Notes under the pieces: generated by a model | The model's database searches: none | The model's input: only the letters and a program-made list of their open reading frames with translations | What the model was told of the DNA's origin: nothing | Shown: positions 36,801-51,320 of the stretch, one piece after another | Numbering within the stretch: position 1 is the stretch's first letter | Layout of the letters: each line of letters begins with the position of its first letter | Source: Selaginella moellendorffii | Lineage: Eukaryota; Plantae; Lycopodiophyta | Length of the DNA: 64,000 nucleotides | Reading direction: 5' to 3' | NCBI RefSeq assembly: GCF_000143415.4 | Contig: NW_003314266.1 | Coordinates: 382,733-446,732 of the forward strand | Position numbers and translations under genes: made by a program

Positions 36801-37150
36801 GGTTTAAACTATTGATGATGGTGTGGCTTGGTCAAGATGACCAAATGGGAAGAACACCTAAGGGAAATGATTTATGACTATGCGATGGCATAGTGAGTTC
36901 GAAGAAAGTAGTTTTAATAAGAGACCCATGGGAGGGTCACAAAGTTGGGCTAGAGATAGAAACCATAGTAGAAAATCCTAAAGAGACGTATTAGGGGTGA
37001 ACACCCTCTGGACTTGGCAAAGCAAAGTCTTTGCTATAGGACCAAAGGGATACCTCGAGAATGGAGGTAGTGATCCGATGTTGCTGGGTGCAGCAATCAA
37101 GGATAGGAGCAAAAGACTAGTGGCTAAGAAAGTTTACGAAGTTGCTTAGT
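33801..37150 (+). mobile_element. Highly degenerate internal region of an LTR retroelement
   Basis: Follows the LTR and PBS; only weak integrase-like remnants around 35150-35700; no long ORF. Confidence 0.45.
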
Positions 37151-37499
37151 TATAATGATTAACCCCAAAATGATTAATGGTGAAATTAGTTTACTTACAT
37201 GTAATAGCATTGTAATAGCTTTGACTAAATTCTTAATGGTGATCTATTATGCTAAATTTTAAGGGTTTGCCCATTAAGGAGTTAGAAAAGAGTTATAGTG
37301 TTTATTTGCTAAAGCTTGTCAATTGATTTATTAGCACTTGGAGTAAATTGTTGGATGGAGAGGATGTGCAGTTAAGGCATTAACTTTGCTAACACTTGTG
37401 CTAGTGGAGATAAAATTATTATATTGAGTGATGAGGAAATTTCTTTAAATCCTGGTTTTCCATGTTATTTTGAAACATTGTGGCCTTACACAAGCCTTG

Positions 37500-39720
37500 T
37501 GAGTACTCTCTCCACCTTTTGCCCTTAGGTGCCCTAGCCATATAGCTAGAGTAAGGTTCTAATGAACCACACTAGATATCCAAGTAAGTGGTTCCACCCA
37601 CACTTAGATTGGGAGCATTAGCCATTCAATCTCCCAAGGGAGCTAGTAACTTTTAAATACTTCACCAAGTTACTTCACTTGTTTGTTTATGTTCATTCTA
37701 GTTTTAGACTCCTTAATGGTTATGGTTACTATGTAGGTATAATCTTCCTTGGTCACATTAGCCTTTCTTGGCCAAATTGGCTCTATTGGAGTCTTCCCTT
37801 TACTATACTTTTGGAGCTCACCAAACCCCCTATTGTCTGGGAGATTAATGTTTTGGGCTTTCACCCTCGGACTCAGACTCGGACTTGGACTTGAACTCAG
37901 ACTCGGAATCAAACTTAGAATCAAACTCGGACTCGGACTCAGACACAGTCTTAGGCTTGGTCTTGGTCGCACTCTTGGTTTTAATCTTGGTCTCGGTCTT
38001 AGTCTCGGTCTCGATCTCAGACTAGATCTCGGAATCGACCTTAGACTCTATCTTAGGTCCATCTTAGACTCCATCTCAACTCTATCTCAGACTCCATCTC
38101 GAGTCCATCTCAGATCCATATCAGACTCCATCTCAGACTCCATCTCGGGTCCATTTTAGGTCTATCTTGGACTCCACCTCGGACTCCTTCTCAAGTCCCA
38201 TCTCGGACTTGTTCCTAACACTTTAATGTGTTACAACACTTCCCATGTGTCAGTCTTTCTTGTATCCCATTTTTAGTATTTAGCTTTTCCCAACATATTA
38301 AATATGTCCTCAATCTTTGGTAAAAGGTATTTGTTTTTCTTTGTATACTTGTTGAGCAACAAATAGTTTATCCACATGTGCATAGAGGCATTTTTCTTTT
38401 TCACAAATAACACTGACGCCCCATACAATGACTTGCTCAACCTAACATACCTTTTATCCACCAACTTCTTAAGTTGGCACTTAAGCTCCTCAAGTTCCTT
38501 TTCATTCAATTGATAGGGGGGACAAACTATTGCCTTATCACCCTCGATTAACTCAATTTTATGTTCTATTAGTCATGTGGAGGATAACTCTGTCGGTAAC
38601 TCCTCCGGCATAGTATCACGAAATTAGTTTAATACCTATTGTATCATTGAAGGTATATCATTTATTCATATTTTTTTGTCGCTCCCCATTAAGAGTAAGC
38701 ACACAAAAATACTGCCTTGGTTTCTTTAGTGAATTGTCCTCTCATGAACACTAGGTTCAAGCAGGAGTCTTTGGCTTTACATTGCCCTACCTTTAGGCCC
38801 TGGATTATTCTCTTCAGGCATTCGCTAGTGCCATAAGGTTTTTACCTTATCCATGCAAGGCTACCACAAACTAATTGAACTAATCCATCCTGAAGATCAC
38901 ATTAAATCTCACCATATCTAACATAGTAAAATCTATATCCACTTTCCATATCTCTATTTCGACTCTTGCTTATTGAAGTACCTCATTGGTGCTTAGCTAC
39001 CTTAAATAAACTTTATAGTCTTTGGTTCACCCAGCCACTACACCATTAGTCTGGCTTGCTGGATTATGTTTGCAGCCATAAAATTATCTAAAGCACCCAT
39101 ATTAATAAGAAACTTAACAAAGTTACCTTTGAGCTTCCCTTGGAGGGCTAGTAGATGTCGCAAATGACTCTCTACCAAAGTTGCTTGTGTAATGAGTAAT
39201 TTTGAGTTAAGGACTGAATCATATACCTCAGTTTGGACTTCACCCAACTTGATAGCCATATTGACTCTGGACTTTTTTAGGTAAAGACATTCTCTCAAAA
39301 AGTGTCTTGCTTCACCACAATTGAAATGTATATTCTTTCCCATGTTGCTAGCAAATTTTATTTTCTTATCAGTGGGTTTATCCCTTTTTACCTGACTTCC
39401 CCACGTACTTGCTCTTTAGCCACTAGATCTACCTTCCCAAAATCTTAAGAACTCATTCTTAGAGAAACTTATTTTGAATTTTCTTTTACCATATACCCCC
39501 TTTAGTTTGGCTCCTTTGCTCAATGTAAACCCCAACTATATTGTGTTCCCTTTTTGCATATTATCATTGAAATACACTTTAATAGCTACATCTAATGCTT
39601 CCTTATAGTTAGTTAAATTTTAATGCATCACCTCACCTCAAGCCCAAGCCTATAAACTTGAAGGCATGGAACACATCCATATCACCCATGTCTGTGACAA
39701 GTATCCTTTTGGCTATAAAC
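37500..39720 (-). mobile_element. Degenerate Gypsy relic: LTR-like segment (37500-38240) plus RT, protease and gag fragments
   Basis: 37500-38210 resembles the 8390-9290 LTR segment. ORF 38273-38509 has SKSLYGASVLFVKKK...KNKYLLPKIEDI (RT). ORF 39038-39343 has FNCGEARHFLREC and FLINMGALDNF. Confidence 0.75.
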
Positions 39721-40929
39721 CTATTCAAGAGTAGTATTTGGAAGAACATAAGTTGTATTGTTCCTTGCCTTCATCATTTGTCGCGAATGTGACTTCGGGT
39801 ATCGAAAGTTACCTGTCGACTAGTCCTTACGGACACTCTTACCTTACTGCCACAATGGCAGGAGGTCGGTATTGCTGAGCCTGTTATCAGTCTCCGCCTA
39901 AGCTAGTTGAGAAACTGGTCATCACATGTGCACTTAGACCGGAAGGGCACTAAGGAAGGAAATCCTAAGTTGTCATTTAGTCAAGCAGACTTGACACGGT
40001 GATGAGAAACTCATGATATTGGCTTGCACTTGCTAGTGTTGGGAACCCCCGTGATATTGAGCTTGGTCCCTCAATATCGCTAGATGATAGCTTACCGTGT
40101 TTGCCAAACACCCTCGCTATCATGCCCTTTGTGTTAGTCTCATTTCGGTCCCAAATGCTATTTATGGAAAGCGTCCAGATTTGCTCATTTGGCATATCTA
40201 CGGAACGTAGAGATCGACCTGAACACAATGGTGTTCGTCCCGTGTCCAAATTCGCAATCTAGCGCCATTCCATATTTAGTAAGTTTTGAACTTGTCCTAG
40301 AGACTAACTCCTGATACTAAGGGAGGCTTGGGGTGAAAGCCTAAAGCATATTTTTTTCAGGGGGGGGGGGGGGCTGTGGGGGGTTCCAAATGTATAGTAG
40401 GGATAGTGGGTAGGTTGGGCATGGTCGACCAACCTGAGGCATAGTCTAGCTCCCACTTGCGTGCCTATCCTTGTTCTGCGTCCGGCTTGGGTCTAAGCTC
40501 AAGTTCCATTCCATGCTAGCTGGTGGAGTACCCATATCCTCACGTTAGGCCACAGGTATGCCGAAATAGCGCCAGACTCCGTTTGGCTCCGTTTTGCGTG
40601 CTGGTCCTGGCAATGGGATGTTGGTTGCTCCAGGACTGTTCCAAGTCGCTCCGGGCTCCTGTCCCTTCGCTCCTTAGGCTGTATGCTCGGGAGTTGCTCC
40701 GTGGTTCAGTTCCGTCACTCCTTGGCTCTATGTTTGGGAGTTTGGCACCGTTCTTTCGTTCAGTGGCCTAAGGCCCTGAACCTCGGGTTCCTATGGACAC
40801 GTGGCATGGACACGTGGCATGTGACACGTGGCATCTATCACGTGGCACAAAGAGGGTTTAGGTTCCGTTTCGTGGTGTTATCCTATGGTAAACCACCATA
40901 GGATAAAGGGTCAAAAACACGTGCGCTAC

Positions 40930-43460
40930 ATCATTCCAAGTGACCATTAGTCCTTCATTGGCCTTTGTTATTCTCCACAAACACTTAGCATTATTTAATA
41001 AATATAGTTTTGCATATGGGACCTTTTCCAAGCTTGATAACTACAATGCTTAGAAGTAATCTTCCATATTGTAAAACTAATCTTCCACCATTTTAAAGTT
41101 TTTCACTCCCTTGAAGACTGGTGGGGGCTTTGGTTTGTACTTGGGAACTACTTAAGAAACTGATTCTACTTTAGTTTGTTCAACCTTGTTCGGTTTTGAC
41201 TCAATCCCTACCAAAAGGTCTATGTCTTCTTGTAAGGAACCAACTCCCTGAGGTGTTATTAGCCAAAAGCATAACCAAAATGACAAAGAGTTCATCGAAT
41301 GAGATTGAGTCTGAGATCGAGTCCGAGACTGACTTTGAGACTGATTTTGAAACCGAGTCTGAGATCGAGTTCGAAACCAAATCCAAGACCAAGTTTGACA
41401 CCGAGTCCGAAACCGAGTTTGAGATCAAGTCTGAGATCCAAGATCGGGTCCAAGACTGAGTCCAAGATTAAGTCCAAGATAGAGTCCAAGGTTAGGTTTG
41501 AGATCGAGTCTGAGATTAAATCCGAAATCGAGTCTGAGACCGAGTCTGAGGTCAAGTCCAAAATTGAGTTTGAGACCGAGTTCAAAACTAATACAGATCA
41601 TGGGGTGAAAGACCAAAGCACATGTCTCCTGAGGGGGCTATAGAGGGTTCCAAAAGTACAATAGAGATAATGAGGTCCAAGAAGCAATCTTGAAGGAACT
41701 CTTCAGTAATATTTCCAAACTAACTTGAAGTTGAAGTTGGGGCTTAGGGGCCTTGGGTGGGAGTGAGCATAAATTCAAGTGGTGTCGAAGAGGCCACCCA
41801 AGAAAGTGCTCAAGAGCAGCTCCCACTCCCAAAAGGGAAACCGACTATGGTGCTCTTGGCTTATGTGAAGTGGTGCCCCACTTAAGTACCTTGTGGCTCA
41901 TTGATCCTTGCCCTTTTTAGGGGTTTGGGCCTTTCTTGCAGGATGGAATTGAGGGAGTAGGGGTACCCATACTGGGCCGTTAGGCCACAGTGTTTCCCCC
42001 CGATTTCTTGAAGCAAGTTTTTCATCCAAGGCTTGGGATTTAAAGGGTTCCATAATCAACTCTTGTTATACCAAGGGATGTTAGGAACCTGGAGGTTTGG
42101 TATGCTTGACTGCTCATGCCTGTGGGGACTGTAGCCAAACCTTAAGTCTAATTGAGAAAGAGTGTGGGAATCTATGGACGGATAGGTAATGCTTTGTTGC
42201 TCACGAAGTAAATAGTTGAAACTAAGTAGGACCAAGTAAGAGCTAATATAGTAGATAGAAATTTTGGTTAGGGAACTTAACTAAGGCCAAGGCTATAGTG
42301 GTTGGATAGACGAATTAATATAATAAATTGGAAAGGAAAAATTCGTGGCTTACAATTTGGTATCGAAATTTTTTCCTCAGTTCTAGTGAAGTATAAAGAC
42401 GGATTGTTGAGAGATGGCTAAAGCAGGGCATAAAAGAACTAAGGCAGAGACAAAACCTCCTCTGAAGCTAAAGCCTCAAATCGAACAAGAAGCTATGGAT
42501 GAGGAATCCTTGCACAAGGAGGACTTAAGTAAGGAATCTTCCAAATAAAAGTCTAGTGGAGAGGTTCAATCATTCAAGGCTTAATTAAACGTTCTAGAAG
42601 GACAATTGGCACAGACCAATACCCTACTATAGACCTTCATAAACAAATTAAAGCATGACAAAAAGCGAAAGAAAAAGCAAAAGACTATAGAGGCTGGTAA
42701 TGCAGAAGGCATAGACCCTTTGATGGGGATTGAGGAAAAACCAAATAAAGTTGAACAAATCGAAGTGAAATCAATCCCCCAAATAGTTCCCATGTACAAA
42801 CCAAAGCCCTCACCAGTCTTCAAGGGAATGAATGACTATAAGGTGGTGGAGGATTGATTTTATGATATGGAGGACTATTTTCGAATGTTGTGGTTAGTTG
42901 AGAAAAGCCCTAACCCTAAAGTAAACTAAATCAAGAATATTTTTAGATTTAGTTTTTCACAGGATACTAAACTTAGAGAAAGTCCTATGTGCAAAACCAT
43001 ACTTAAGAGATAATGTTAAATTTTGGTGGAAAACAACAAAAGCCAACGAAAGATTGGTAGCCACTTGGGAAATGATAAAAGCAAGGATTTGTGCAACTTA
43101 TGTTTTGCCAAATACTACTTTGCACTTAAAAGATGAGTTAAATAGGCTGAAGCAAGTAAGAACCATTCAAGAATATATGAATGCATTTATGGTGAAGAGG
43201 ATCCTTGTCACGGATATGAATGCATTCCATGCCTTCATATTAAGCTTGCAGACCTGGGCTCAAGGTGGGGTGATGCATTAGAACCCAACCAACTACAAGG
43301 AAGTGTTAAATATAATTTTCAAGTTGTATTCAATGATAATCTGCAAAAGGGGAACACAATAAAGTTGGGGTCCATGTTTAGTAAATGAGCCAAACCAAAA
43401 GAGACATATGCCAAAGGGAAATTTAAAAAAAGTTTCTTTAAGAATGAGTCTTTAGGGTTT
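40930..43460. mobile_element. Degenerate Gypsy relics: gag fragment (minus, 40930-41200), LTR-like region with minisatellite, PBS-like site (~42358) and gag (plus, 42400-43460)
   Basis: TTACA-att-TGGTATCG at 42350-42365; ORF 43054-43281 TWEMIKARI...LKDELNRLKQVRTIQEY; reverse similarity to 39450-39720 and 40930-41190. Confidence 0.65.
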
Positions 43461-44120
43461 TGGAAAGTGTTAGTTTGCAAAGTTCTTCACATTTTTCAAA
43501 AGTACCTTGAATCTTTTGGCTTGGTTGACCACTTGAGTACCAAACCAATCATCTCGTTCACGGAGGACAAATGAGGTGAAGTGTGTGGTATTGTTTCTCC
43601 CTTGGGAACCTTGTACTATGTCTATGGCTACTAACATTAGTGTGCAATCCAAGATCATGGTGTTACAATCAAAGTTGCAGACCATGCTATCAAGAGAAAT
43701 GTTGTTTGGACCGACAAGCACCACATTTGTCTTGTTGTTGTGCTTGACCACATCCTTGAAAGTTACGTCCACGTTTTGCTGCTTCCAAGTCAAATGATTT
43801 CAAAACCAGTGACACAGGATCCTGTGATCCTGAGAGGCACTGTGACACAAAGAGATTATATAAGCATAACTGAGAAGAGCAAGTCATATGATTCATGAGC
43901 TTACCATAAGTGACAAGCTTCCACTAGGAGTTTCCACCATGGGTGGATGTCACCACTGGCACCCCGTCTTTAAAGCTGGAGTGTGGCTCAAGAATACGGA
44001 CGAATTCCCAGTCATTGTGATGGAGACTTGATCATCCGAGCTTGCGGATACAGACCAGAGGAGAGGATTGTCCTCAACTACCGGATCATAGTCTCCAACA
44101 GTTGCCTTGAAGATTTCATT
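43460..44120 (-). pseudogene. Truncated EUL-like lectin copy A
   Basis: Shares TWKQQNVDVTFKD...NNISLD and FKDGVPVVTS segments with the other copies; both ends missing. Confidence 0.65.
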
Positions 44121-44407
44121 TAGAGCAATGAAGTCAGTAATTTATACCTTGACAATTCAAATTTTAATTTATTACACAAGAATATTTTTTAAGAACGCTA
44201 ATACAGAATATTTATTAGTTAACCGTCTTCCCTTTTTGCCAACCTAAACACATTCGTTTTTTTGGGAAGTATATGAATTGATTACAAAAACTGGTGACAT
44301 TGATCATACTGCAGCTGATTAAACATTTAGAAGTGTAATTATTCATATGAACATTCATGCATAGATCTAGCATCTTCTCATCTCATTTATGAACATAAAA
44401 GTCCCAG

Positions 44408-45671
44408 CTAAACATTGTTCACTGGATTGAATTTCCAGGTCTGCTGCTCAACATATCCTTGGTTTGCAGATGCTGGGCGAAGAACGAGAGGATGATATCA
44501 CGCACTGTTCTGGTCCTGATCGTCGTTCTGCAGAGACCACTGCAAGTTCGTTCCATCCAGATTGATGGTCACATAGTCCGTGTTTCAAGCCTGGAATCGG
44601 TCCTCAGACCACACAAAACCGTAGTCAAGAGGATCAAATTGAGTCAAGAGCACCTGCCATGAAAGGTATCTTTTGTTTAGCTTGCAAAGTCCTTCAAAAG
44701 TTTTAGGACTTACCTTGTCTCCTGAGTGCTAGACCAGTCTTGTTTATTAGGATAAACCAGGTAAAGTACGTGGTATTGTCTCGGCCACCAGCAGGAACCT
44801 TGAACCATGCCTATTACAATAATACGAATGAGATCCAAGATGATAGTGTCAGACAAAGTCACAAACCATGCCGTCGAGAGAAATGTTGTTTGGACTAACA
44901 GCCACCACGTTTGTCTCGTCGTTGTGCATGATTGCATCCTTGAAAGTTACGTCCACATTTTGCTGCTTCCAAGTCAAGTAATTGCCAAACCAGTGGCACA
45001 GAATCCTGTACACATGCGAAGGCACTGTGCAGCACAACGAGAAAAATCAAAAGGAATTGACCAGAAGTCTAGAGGATTACCATAAGCAACGATCTTCCAC
45101 CTAGAGTTTTCACCCTGGGAAGATGTCACCACTGGCACTCCGTCTTTAAAGCTGGACCTCGACGACGAAGTGTGGCTCAAAAACACGGACGAATTCCCAG
45201 TCTCTGTGACGAAGACTTGATCGTCCGAGCTTCCGGAAATAGACCAGAGGAGAGAATTGCTCTCGACTGCCGGATCATAATCTCCAACAGTAAGCTGGAT
45301 CAGAGCTGGATAGAGAAAAATTCAAGTGTGAGACAAACTTGTCGTGATTTATATACCTTGGCAGTGCTCCGGGAAGTTGAGGATGACTGGGAGCGAAGAG
45401 CTTTCTTGGAGCCGTGGTTTATAAACACCAACGCGGAGAGGTCACTGTTATCCTCGCTCAGGAACTGCCATGACTCATCCCTGTACCAGAGCTGCACAAG
45501 AGATCAAAACCAAGATGCTAGATCTGGATTGACACAGATTGATACCTGGAAGGGATTGAGCGCATCCTTGAACTTGAGAACAATCTGGGTGCCTTGCTGA
45601 GTAATGCAGTAGCCAAGACAAGCAGTGGACTCGATGGTGTAGAGCTTTGGAACTGCTGTGAGAGGTTCCAT
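44408..45671 (-). CDS. Two-domain EUL (Euonymus-related, ricin-B-like beta-trefoil) lectin-like gene, copy B
   Basis: Multi-exon; YTIES..GYCITQQGTQIVL..NPFQ|LWYRDESW...FINHGSKKALRS and LLTQFDPLDY...EQQTWKFNPV resemble plant EUL domains. Intactness not verified. Confidence 0.6.
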
Positions 45672-45759
45672 TTTTAAGAGCTAGAGTAACTCTGAGATCT
45701 AGGCCCATTTTATACCACCACAACCTCGTGGAGCGCATGGGAATTCATCGAGGGAAAAG

Positions 45760-46750
45760 GAGGCAAGTAGGATCGAACTAGTCACCTATCGGACTGCAGG
45801 CGATTGGCTAGGTTTACAGAGAATGCGAGGGAGGAGGAAGCGAAAAATAGAAGCAGCCGCCCAAGCAGCGGCGGCGGCAGCGAACTGTCGCTGGCGTCCC
45901 TGATCGGCGAAGGTGAGGCAAAATCTCGCTGCGATTGTTGGATGTGAATTGATCGGTCTTTCTTGCGAGAGAAATGTAGGCTTGCAGCGCCCTGGATTTT
46001 TCTTTTTCTTACGAGATTTGGACGCTTCTACGCTTGAGTCGGTCCAGCATCATGGTAAGTTTCTGGATCATATTTTATTCCATCTCCTCGTCTTCTCTTT
46101 CATTTGTTTCGGATGCTTGCAAAATCTATTTGCTTATCCTTGGTATAGCGTAATGTGCAGTTCAAAATCTACGAGCCACTGGAATACGAATTTGACGTCT
46201 GCGAAACTGGGAACAGGTATTTTCCTGCAAAGTTTGCTCTTCATTGCTCTGGAAGTAACACTTTGAGGTTGCAGCATCGGAAACTTCCCGATGGCTGGAT
46301 GGACTACGCTGCGAAACGAATAGCACAACTGTAAGCTAAGCTTGACGTTGATGGAAGTCTTTTATATCGTTGTGCAGGGGTGCAGCTAACTGTTCCAAGA
46401 ACATATACTATCGCCAAAGCCATTGTTTTGGCCGCGCCAGTTTGAGACAGGTGGGAAACTTGGAAGACGGAGTTTGGAAAGGAGATAGATGCTCGCGATA
46501 TTGTCATCTGAGACAATGAGGCACCAGTGACCACGGTAATCATCTAAAGCTTGCATCTTACTGAGAGCTCACAAAAGTTTATTTATTTATTTATTTTACA
46601 TTTCACAGAAATACACAAAGCATATTGCCATGAAACGGAGTTTTCGGTTGATGCTCGTGGAGTCGTAAGAAACCTGCTTGAGGTTGCAAAGGGATCTGGT
46701 ACGTAGTAAATTCTAGACTCGGTGGATATGTATGGTTTTATGGAATGATA
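45760..46750 (+). pseudogene. Truncated duplicate of the sialyltransferase-like gene
   Basis: Colinear similarity to 48650-50050 with internal deletions (e.g. the CAVVGNSG segment is lost) and a stop (tga in atctgagac). Confidence 0.8.
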
Positions 46751-46922
46751 GTCGATAGTCATAATGTTTTTGTTTTTCCTTAAATCTTCGATCCTTGCAG
46801 ACACTGGAAATGAACGAAAGCTGATGGCTTCCATGGGAAAAGGAAACAAATGGGGAGTGCTCAGCTTCTTTTTCCCGTGAAAAGCCTTGTTATTTGCAAG
46901 AAGAAAAGTGGTAAGCGGTCCC

Positions 46923-48209
46923 TTATGTGGCTGATAAATTCCCTGCCACCACTGGATTGAATTTCCAGGCCTGCTGCGTACCAAATGCTTGGTTTGCAGA
47001 TGCCGGGCGAAGCACGAGAGGATGATACCACGCACTGTTCTGATACTGATTGTCGTTCTGCAGAGCCCACTGCAAGTTGGTTCCATCCAGATTGATCGCG
47101 AGATAGTCCGTTTTTGAAGCCTGGAATCGGTTCTCAGACCACACGAAACCGTAGTCGAGAGGATCATATTGAGTCAAGAGCACCTGCCATGATCATCCAA
47201 TTCGTTTAGTTTGCGAACTTCTTCAAGTTTTCAACAGTGTGCACTAGTTACCTTGTCTCCCGGCTTGGTTGACCCCTTGAGAGCAAGACCAGTCACCTTG
47301 TTTATGAGAACGAACGAGGTGAAGTACGTGGTATCATCTCTTCCTCCAGCGGGAACCTTGTACCATGTCTATATGTAATAAAATAGAATGAGATATGATT
47401 ACAAAGAACGACAAAAAGTACAAACCATGCCGTCGAGAGGAACGTTGCTTGGATGAATAGCCACCACGTTTGTCTCATCGTTGTGCTTGACTGCATTCTT
47501 GAAAGTTACATCCACATTTTGCTGCTTCCAAGTCAAGTATTGCTCATACCAGTCGCATATAATCCTGTACTCTTGAGAAGGCTCTGTGCAGCATCATCAT
47601 ATGAACCACAACCGAGAAGAACAAATCATATGCTTACCGTAAGTGACGAGCTTCCAGTGGGAGTTTCCATCGCTGTTGGATGTCACCACTGGCACCCCAT
47701 CCTTGAAGCTAGCACTTGAGGAAGTGTGGCTCAGAAAAAATGACTTGTTTCCAGTCATGGTGATCAAGACTTGATTTTCGTGGCTCCCGGAAATACGCCA
47801 CAGGAGATAATCGTCTTGGACTGCCGGATCATAGTCTCCAATAGTAGCCTTTTGCCATCAAAATTCCATATGATCAGCAACAGTGTATAGTATGAATACT
47901 GTTTTCTGTTTACCTTGCTTCGAGACGTTGAGTGTGCCTGGGACCGGAGAGCTTTCTTAGAGCCGTGGTTTACAAACACGAACGCGGAGTCCTGGTTCAG
48001 CAAGTTCCATGACTCATCCCTGTACCACAGCTGCACAAGAGTTTCCCATGATGATCGACAACCGGCAAAGTTTCCAAAGATTTTACCTGGAAGGGGTTGA
48101 GCGCGTCCTTGGACCTGAGAACAATCTGGGTGCCTTGCTGAGTAATGCAATAGCCAGGATAAGCAGCGGACTCGATGGTGTAGAACTTTGGAGCTGCTGT
48201 GAGAGCCAT
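46923..48209 (-). CDS. Two-domain EUL-like lectin gene, copy C
   Basis: Starts MALTAAPKFYTIESAAYPGYCITQQGTQIVL; ends LLTQYDPLDYGFVWSE...QQAWKFNPVVAGNLSAT*; short GT-AG introns. Confidence 0.65.
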
Positions 48210-48811
48210 GTCTCTAAACTCTTAAGAAAAGACTAAAGCTTTTGAGAAGCCAAAGGGATGAGTGTGAAGTTATAGAGCTCTTTGAACGTATGCCAATTTA
48301 TATAGTGGCAAGCTTCTCTCGCATTATCCCATGTGTTTCACACTGTCTTCCACTTCCTTACGCTTCTTACACTGACTTTGTGCCTGCCATATCCCATGTG
48401 TTTTTTGTGCCTGGTAGCGTTGGTTGAAAGGTTGAGTTATAAGCAAGCTTATCCATGGTGTAATAAAAAATGTTTTAAAATTATTTTTAATGAATATATT
48501 AGTGATATAATATCTAACAAATATTAAATTTATTTATTGATAAGGGTAAAGTCACAAAAAGATGAAAATTAATAAATGTAAGTTAATAATATAAAAACTT
48601 AGAAATCATTATTTTAGGCGTCGCAACGCTTGTTTTGTTAGAAGAAATTATTTGGCGAAGGAGGCAACCACGAGTGAACTGGTGACCTATCGGACTGCAG
48701 CCGATTGCTCTACCTCCATTAACATGTTAATTAACTGAGTCTTCTTTAATCTGACAGCTGAGCGAGCTAGGTTTACAGGGACGAGCGCGCTTGATCAGTG
48801 CGTAGGAGAAA

Positions 48812-50654
48812 ATGGCATGGAAGCAGCCGCCCAAGCAGCAGCGACGGCAGCGACCCTTGCTACTGTCGCTCCCACTCGCGATTGCGGCGCTGGTGTCCAA
48901 TTTTCTCGATCTTATATGTTCTTTCCTTTGTTTTCTTCGTTGGAGAGTAGTGATACTTCAATGCTTTCTTTTTACAGGAAAGAAATGGGCTTGGATTGAC
49001 TGCAACCGTGAAGGATGCTTGCAAGATCGTGCTGAAATATCCGGAGGGAACAAATAGTACCTGGGTAAGCAACTAGAAATAGTTTTGCGTGATCGAAGCT
49101 TACAAGTTTACTCGGTACAGCGTAATGAGCAGTTCAAAATCTACGAGCCACTGGAATATGAATTTGACGTCTGCGAGACGCTGCTCCTGTGGGAACAGGT
49201 ACTTTGCTGCAAGTTTTGCTCTTGATTCAAATAACACTTTTGAGTTTGCAGTATCGAAACGTCACAACGATATTGACTCGCGAGTATTTGGATGCACGTC
49301 CCGATGGCTGGATGGACTACGCTGCAAAACGAATAGCTCAACTGTAAGCTAAGCTTGATGTTGATGGAAGTTTTTAATCTAGTTGTGCAGGGGTGCAGCT
49401 AACTGTTCCAACCGAAGCCTGTGCGAAGAACATCTCGAGTTGATACTACCGCCAAAGCCACCGTTTTGGCCGCGCCAGTTTAGGACGTGTGCGGTGGTGG
49501 GAAACTCGGGCGACCTTTTAAAGACGGAGTTTGGAAAGGAGATAGATGCTCACGATATTGTCATCCGAGACAATGAGGCACCAGTGACCACGGTAATCAC
49601 CTCACAAAGGTTGCGTACTACTGAGCTCGCAAAAGTTGCTTTCATTTCACAGAAATACGCAAAGCATGTTGGCATGAAACGGAGTTTTCGATTGATGGCT
49701 CGTGGAGTAGTAAGAAACCTGCTTGAGGTTGCAAAGGGATCTGGTACGTAGTAGAAGTCTATGAACGAAGTACTGGCTTAATGCAAAAGAGGATTTTTGC
49801 AGATGATGAAGTGTTGATTATCAAGAGTGTTATCCATCGGGACTTCAACGCTAAAATAAAAGTAATAGGGCCTTTGACGCTTGCTATGCGGTTTGCTAAC
49901 TGAGTTTTATCTTTTACAGCTTCTTCCGAATCCTGTCTACTTGTTCCAAGGTGTAGTTTTCCGTCGGGGAGCGAAAGGGACAGGCATTAAGTCTTTGGAG
50001 CTCGCCTTGTCAATGTGTGACTCGGTGGATATGTATGGTTTTACGGTGGATCCAGGCTACACGGAATGGTATTGACTCACACTCCTTCCAACTTATCATT
50101 GTACCATTCTTTTCATCTATAGGACTCGTTACTTCTCGGCTCCTCGCAAGGGACACAATCCACTACAAGGCAGAGCCTACTATCAACTGTTGGAATGCCT
50201 CGGGGTAAGAAGAACGACTATGGATTATCATTGACAGTCTCCGTGCATACAGACAATGAGGCTGCATTCTCCAATGCGAGAAGCCAGAAAGCAAGACTGG
50301 TCGGTCATTCCGACCCGACCGACAGTAAACGCAGCCTACTACGCAGCAATGGGACTCAAACGAAAGCCAGGCAAAGACCAGGGAGCTTTCAAGAACTGCA
50401 AAGTATGGGGAAGTTCATCTCGAAATGGACGCCTGTCAGGATCAAAAGACATGAACGAGACCCGCAAGAACTCAAACTACGCAAAGTGGGAGAAAACAAG
50501 CGTGAACTCCCTGAGAAGTGAAGCTCAACACCATTACCGCGCCATGGAAGGCGTCACCATGTACAAGATCGACGGCAACAAGCTCGAGGACCTGGTGTGC
50601 ATCAGACCACAGCAGGAGCAGCAGCGCAGCCATGGGAAACAAAAAAAATCTTAG
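48812..50654 (+). CDS. SIA1: Sialyltransferase-like protein (GT29), SIA1/MGP2 type
   Basis: Exons encode GLGLTA...YPEGTNSTW, sialylmotif-L [83 protein letters not shown] and [15 protein letters not shown]. Start codon and first exon less certain. Confidence 0.9.
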
Positions 50655-51250
50655 TGACTCTCGACGAGGACGCAACACTGGCGCTTTAGCATACTGCCCG
50701 GCTCTGGCAGCTCGCCGTGCGTCACTATGGATCCGGCAAGAAGCTAACAGGCTCGTCCAGGCAGAGCTCCCCGGCTGCGATGGCATGCATCGGCCTCTTC
50801 CTACTGGCCAGAGCATCCGAGGAGATCAACCATGCAGCGGCAGTGATCTCCGAGTAAGGAAAGCCCGTAGTTCACAGTGATGGAGCAGAAGATCTCGTAC
50901 GCAACTTCGAGCAGACCAGCGTGGCTACACGCAGCTAGAACGCAGACGAACGTGGCTTGATCCGGCAGCATTCCTTTCAGGTGGAAGCTGTGGATCTTGA
51001 GGGACCGGACGATGCGACCAGCTTGGCCGTCAATCGCGATCATCCAAGAGACAGGACTTCGATCCAACAAGATCTTTCTGGCCAGGCCTGGAGCACAAGA
51101 CGCCGCTGCGAGCCGGCATGGTGTGAAAGAATCTAGACATCGCCGCTCTGGGCTTACGAAGTCGGGGGACATCTCGAAGATCCTGGGAGCTGAGGCGATC
51201 TTGCCGGAGATTAGCCTGAGATCATCGTGTTTGCAGAGACGATGATCGAG
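50655..51250 (-). pseudogene. PLS/E-class PPR gene fragment
   Basis: PDQATFVCVLAACSHAGLL...HCRCMVDLLGCSGQ* then AWTSLLASCRIHSD; premature stop. Confidence 0.8.
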
Positions 51251-51320
51251 CCGATCATGATCAAACAGGGAGTTTTATTTGCAAGAAGAAAACTGGTAAT
51301 GAGTACAGCATGGTTCATGG

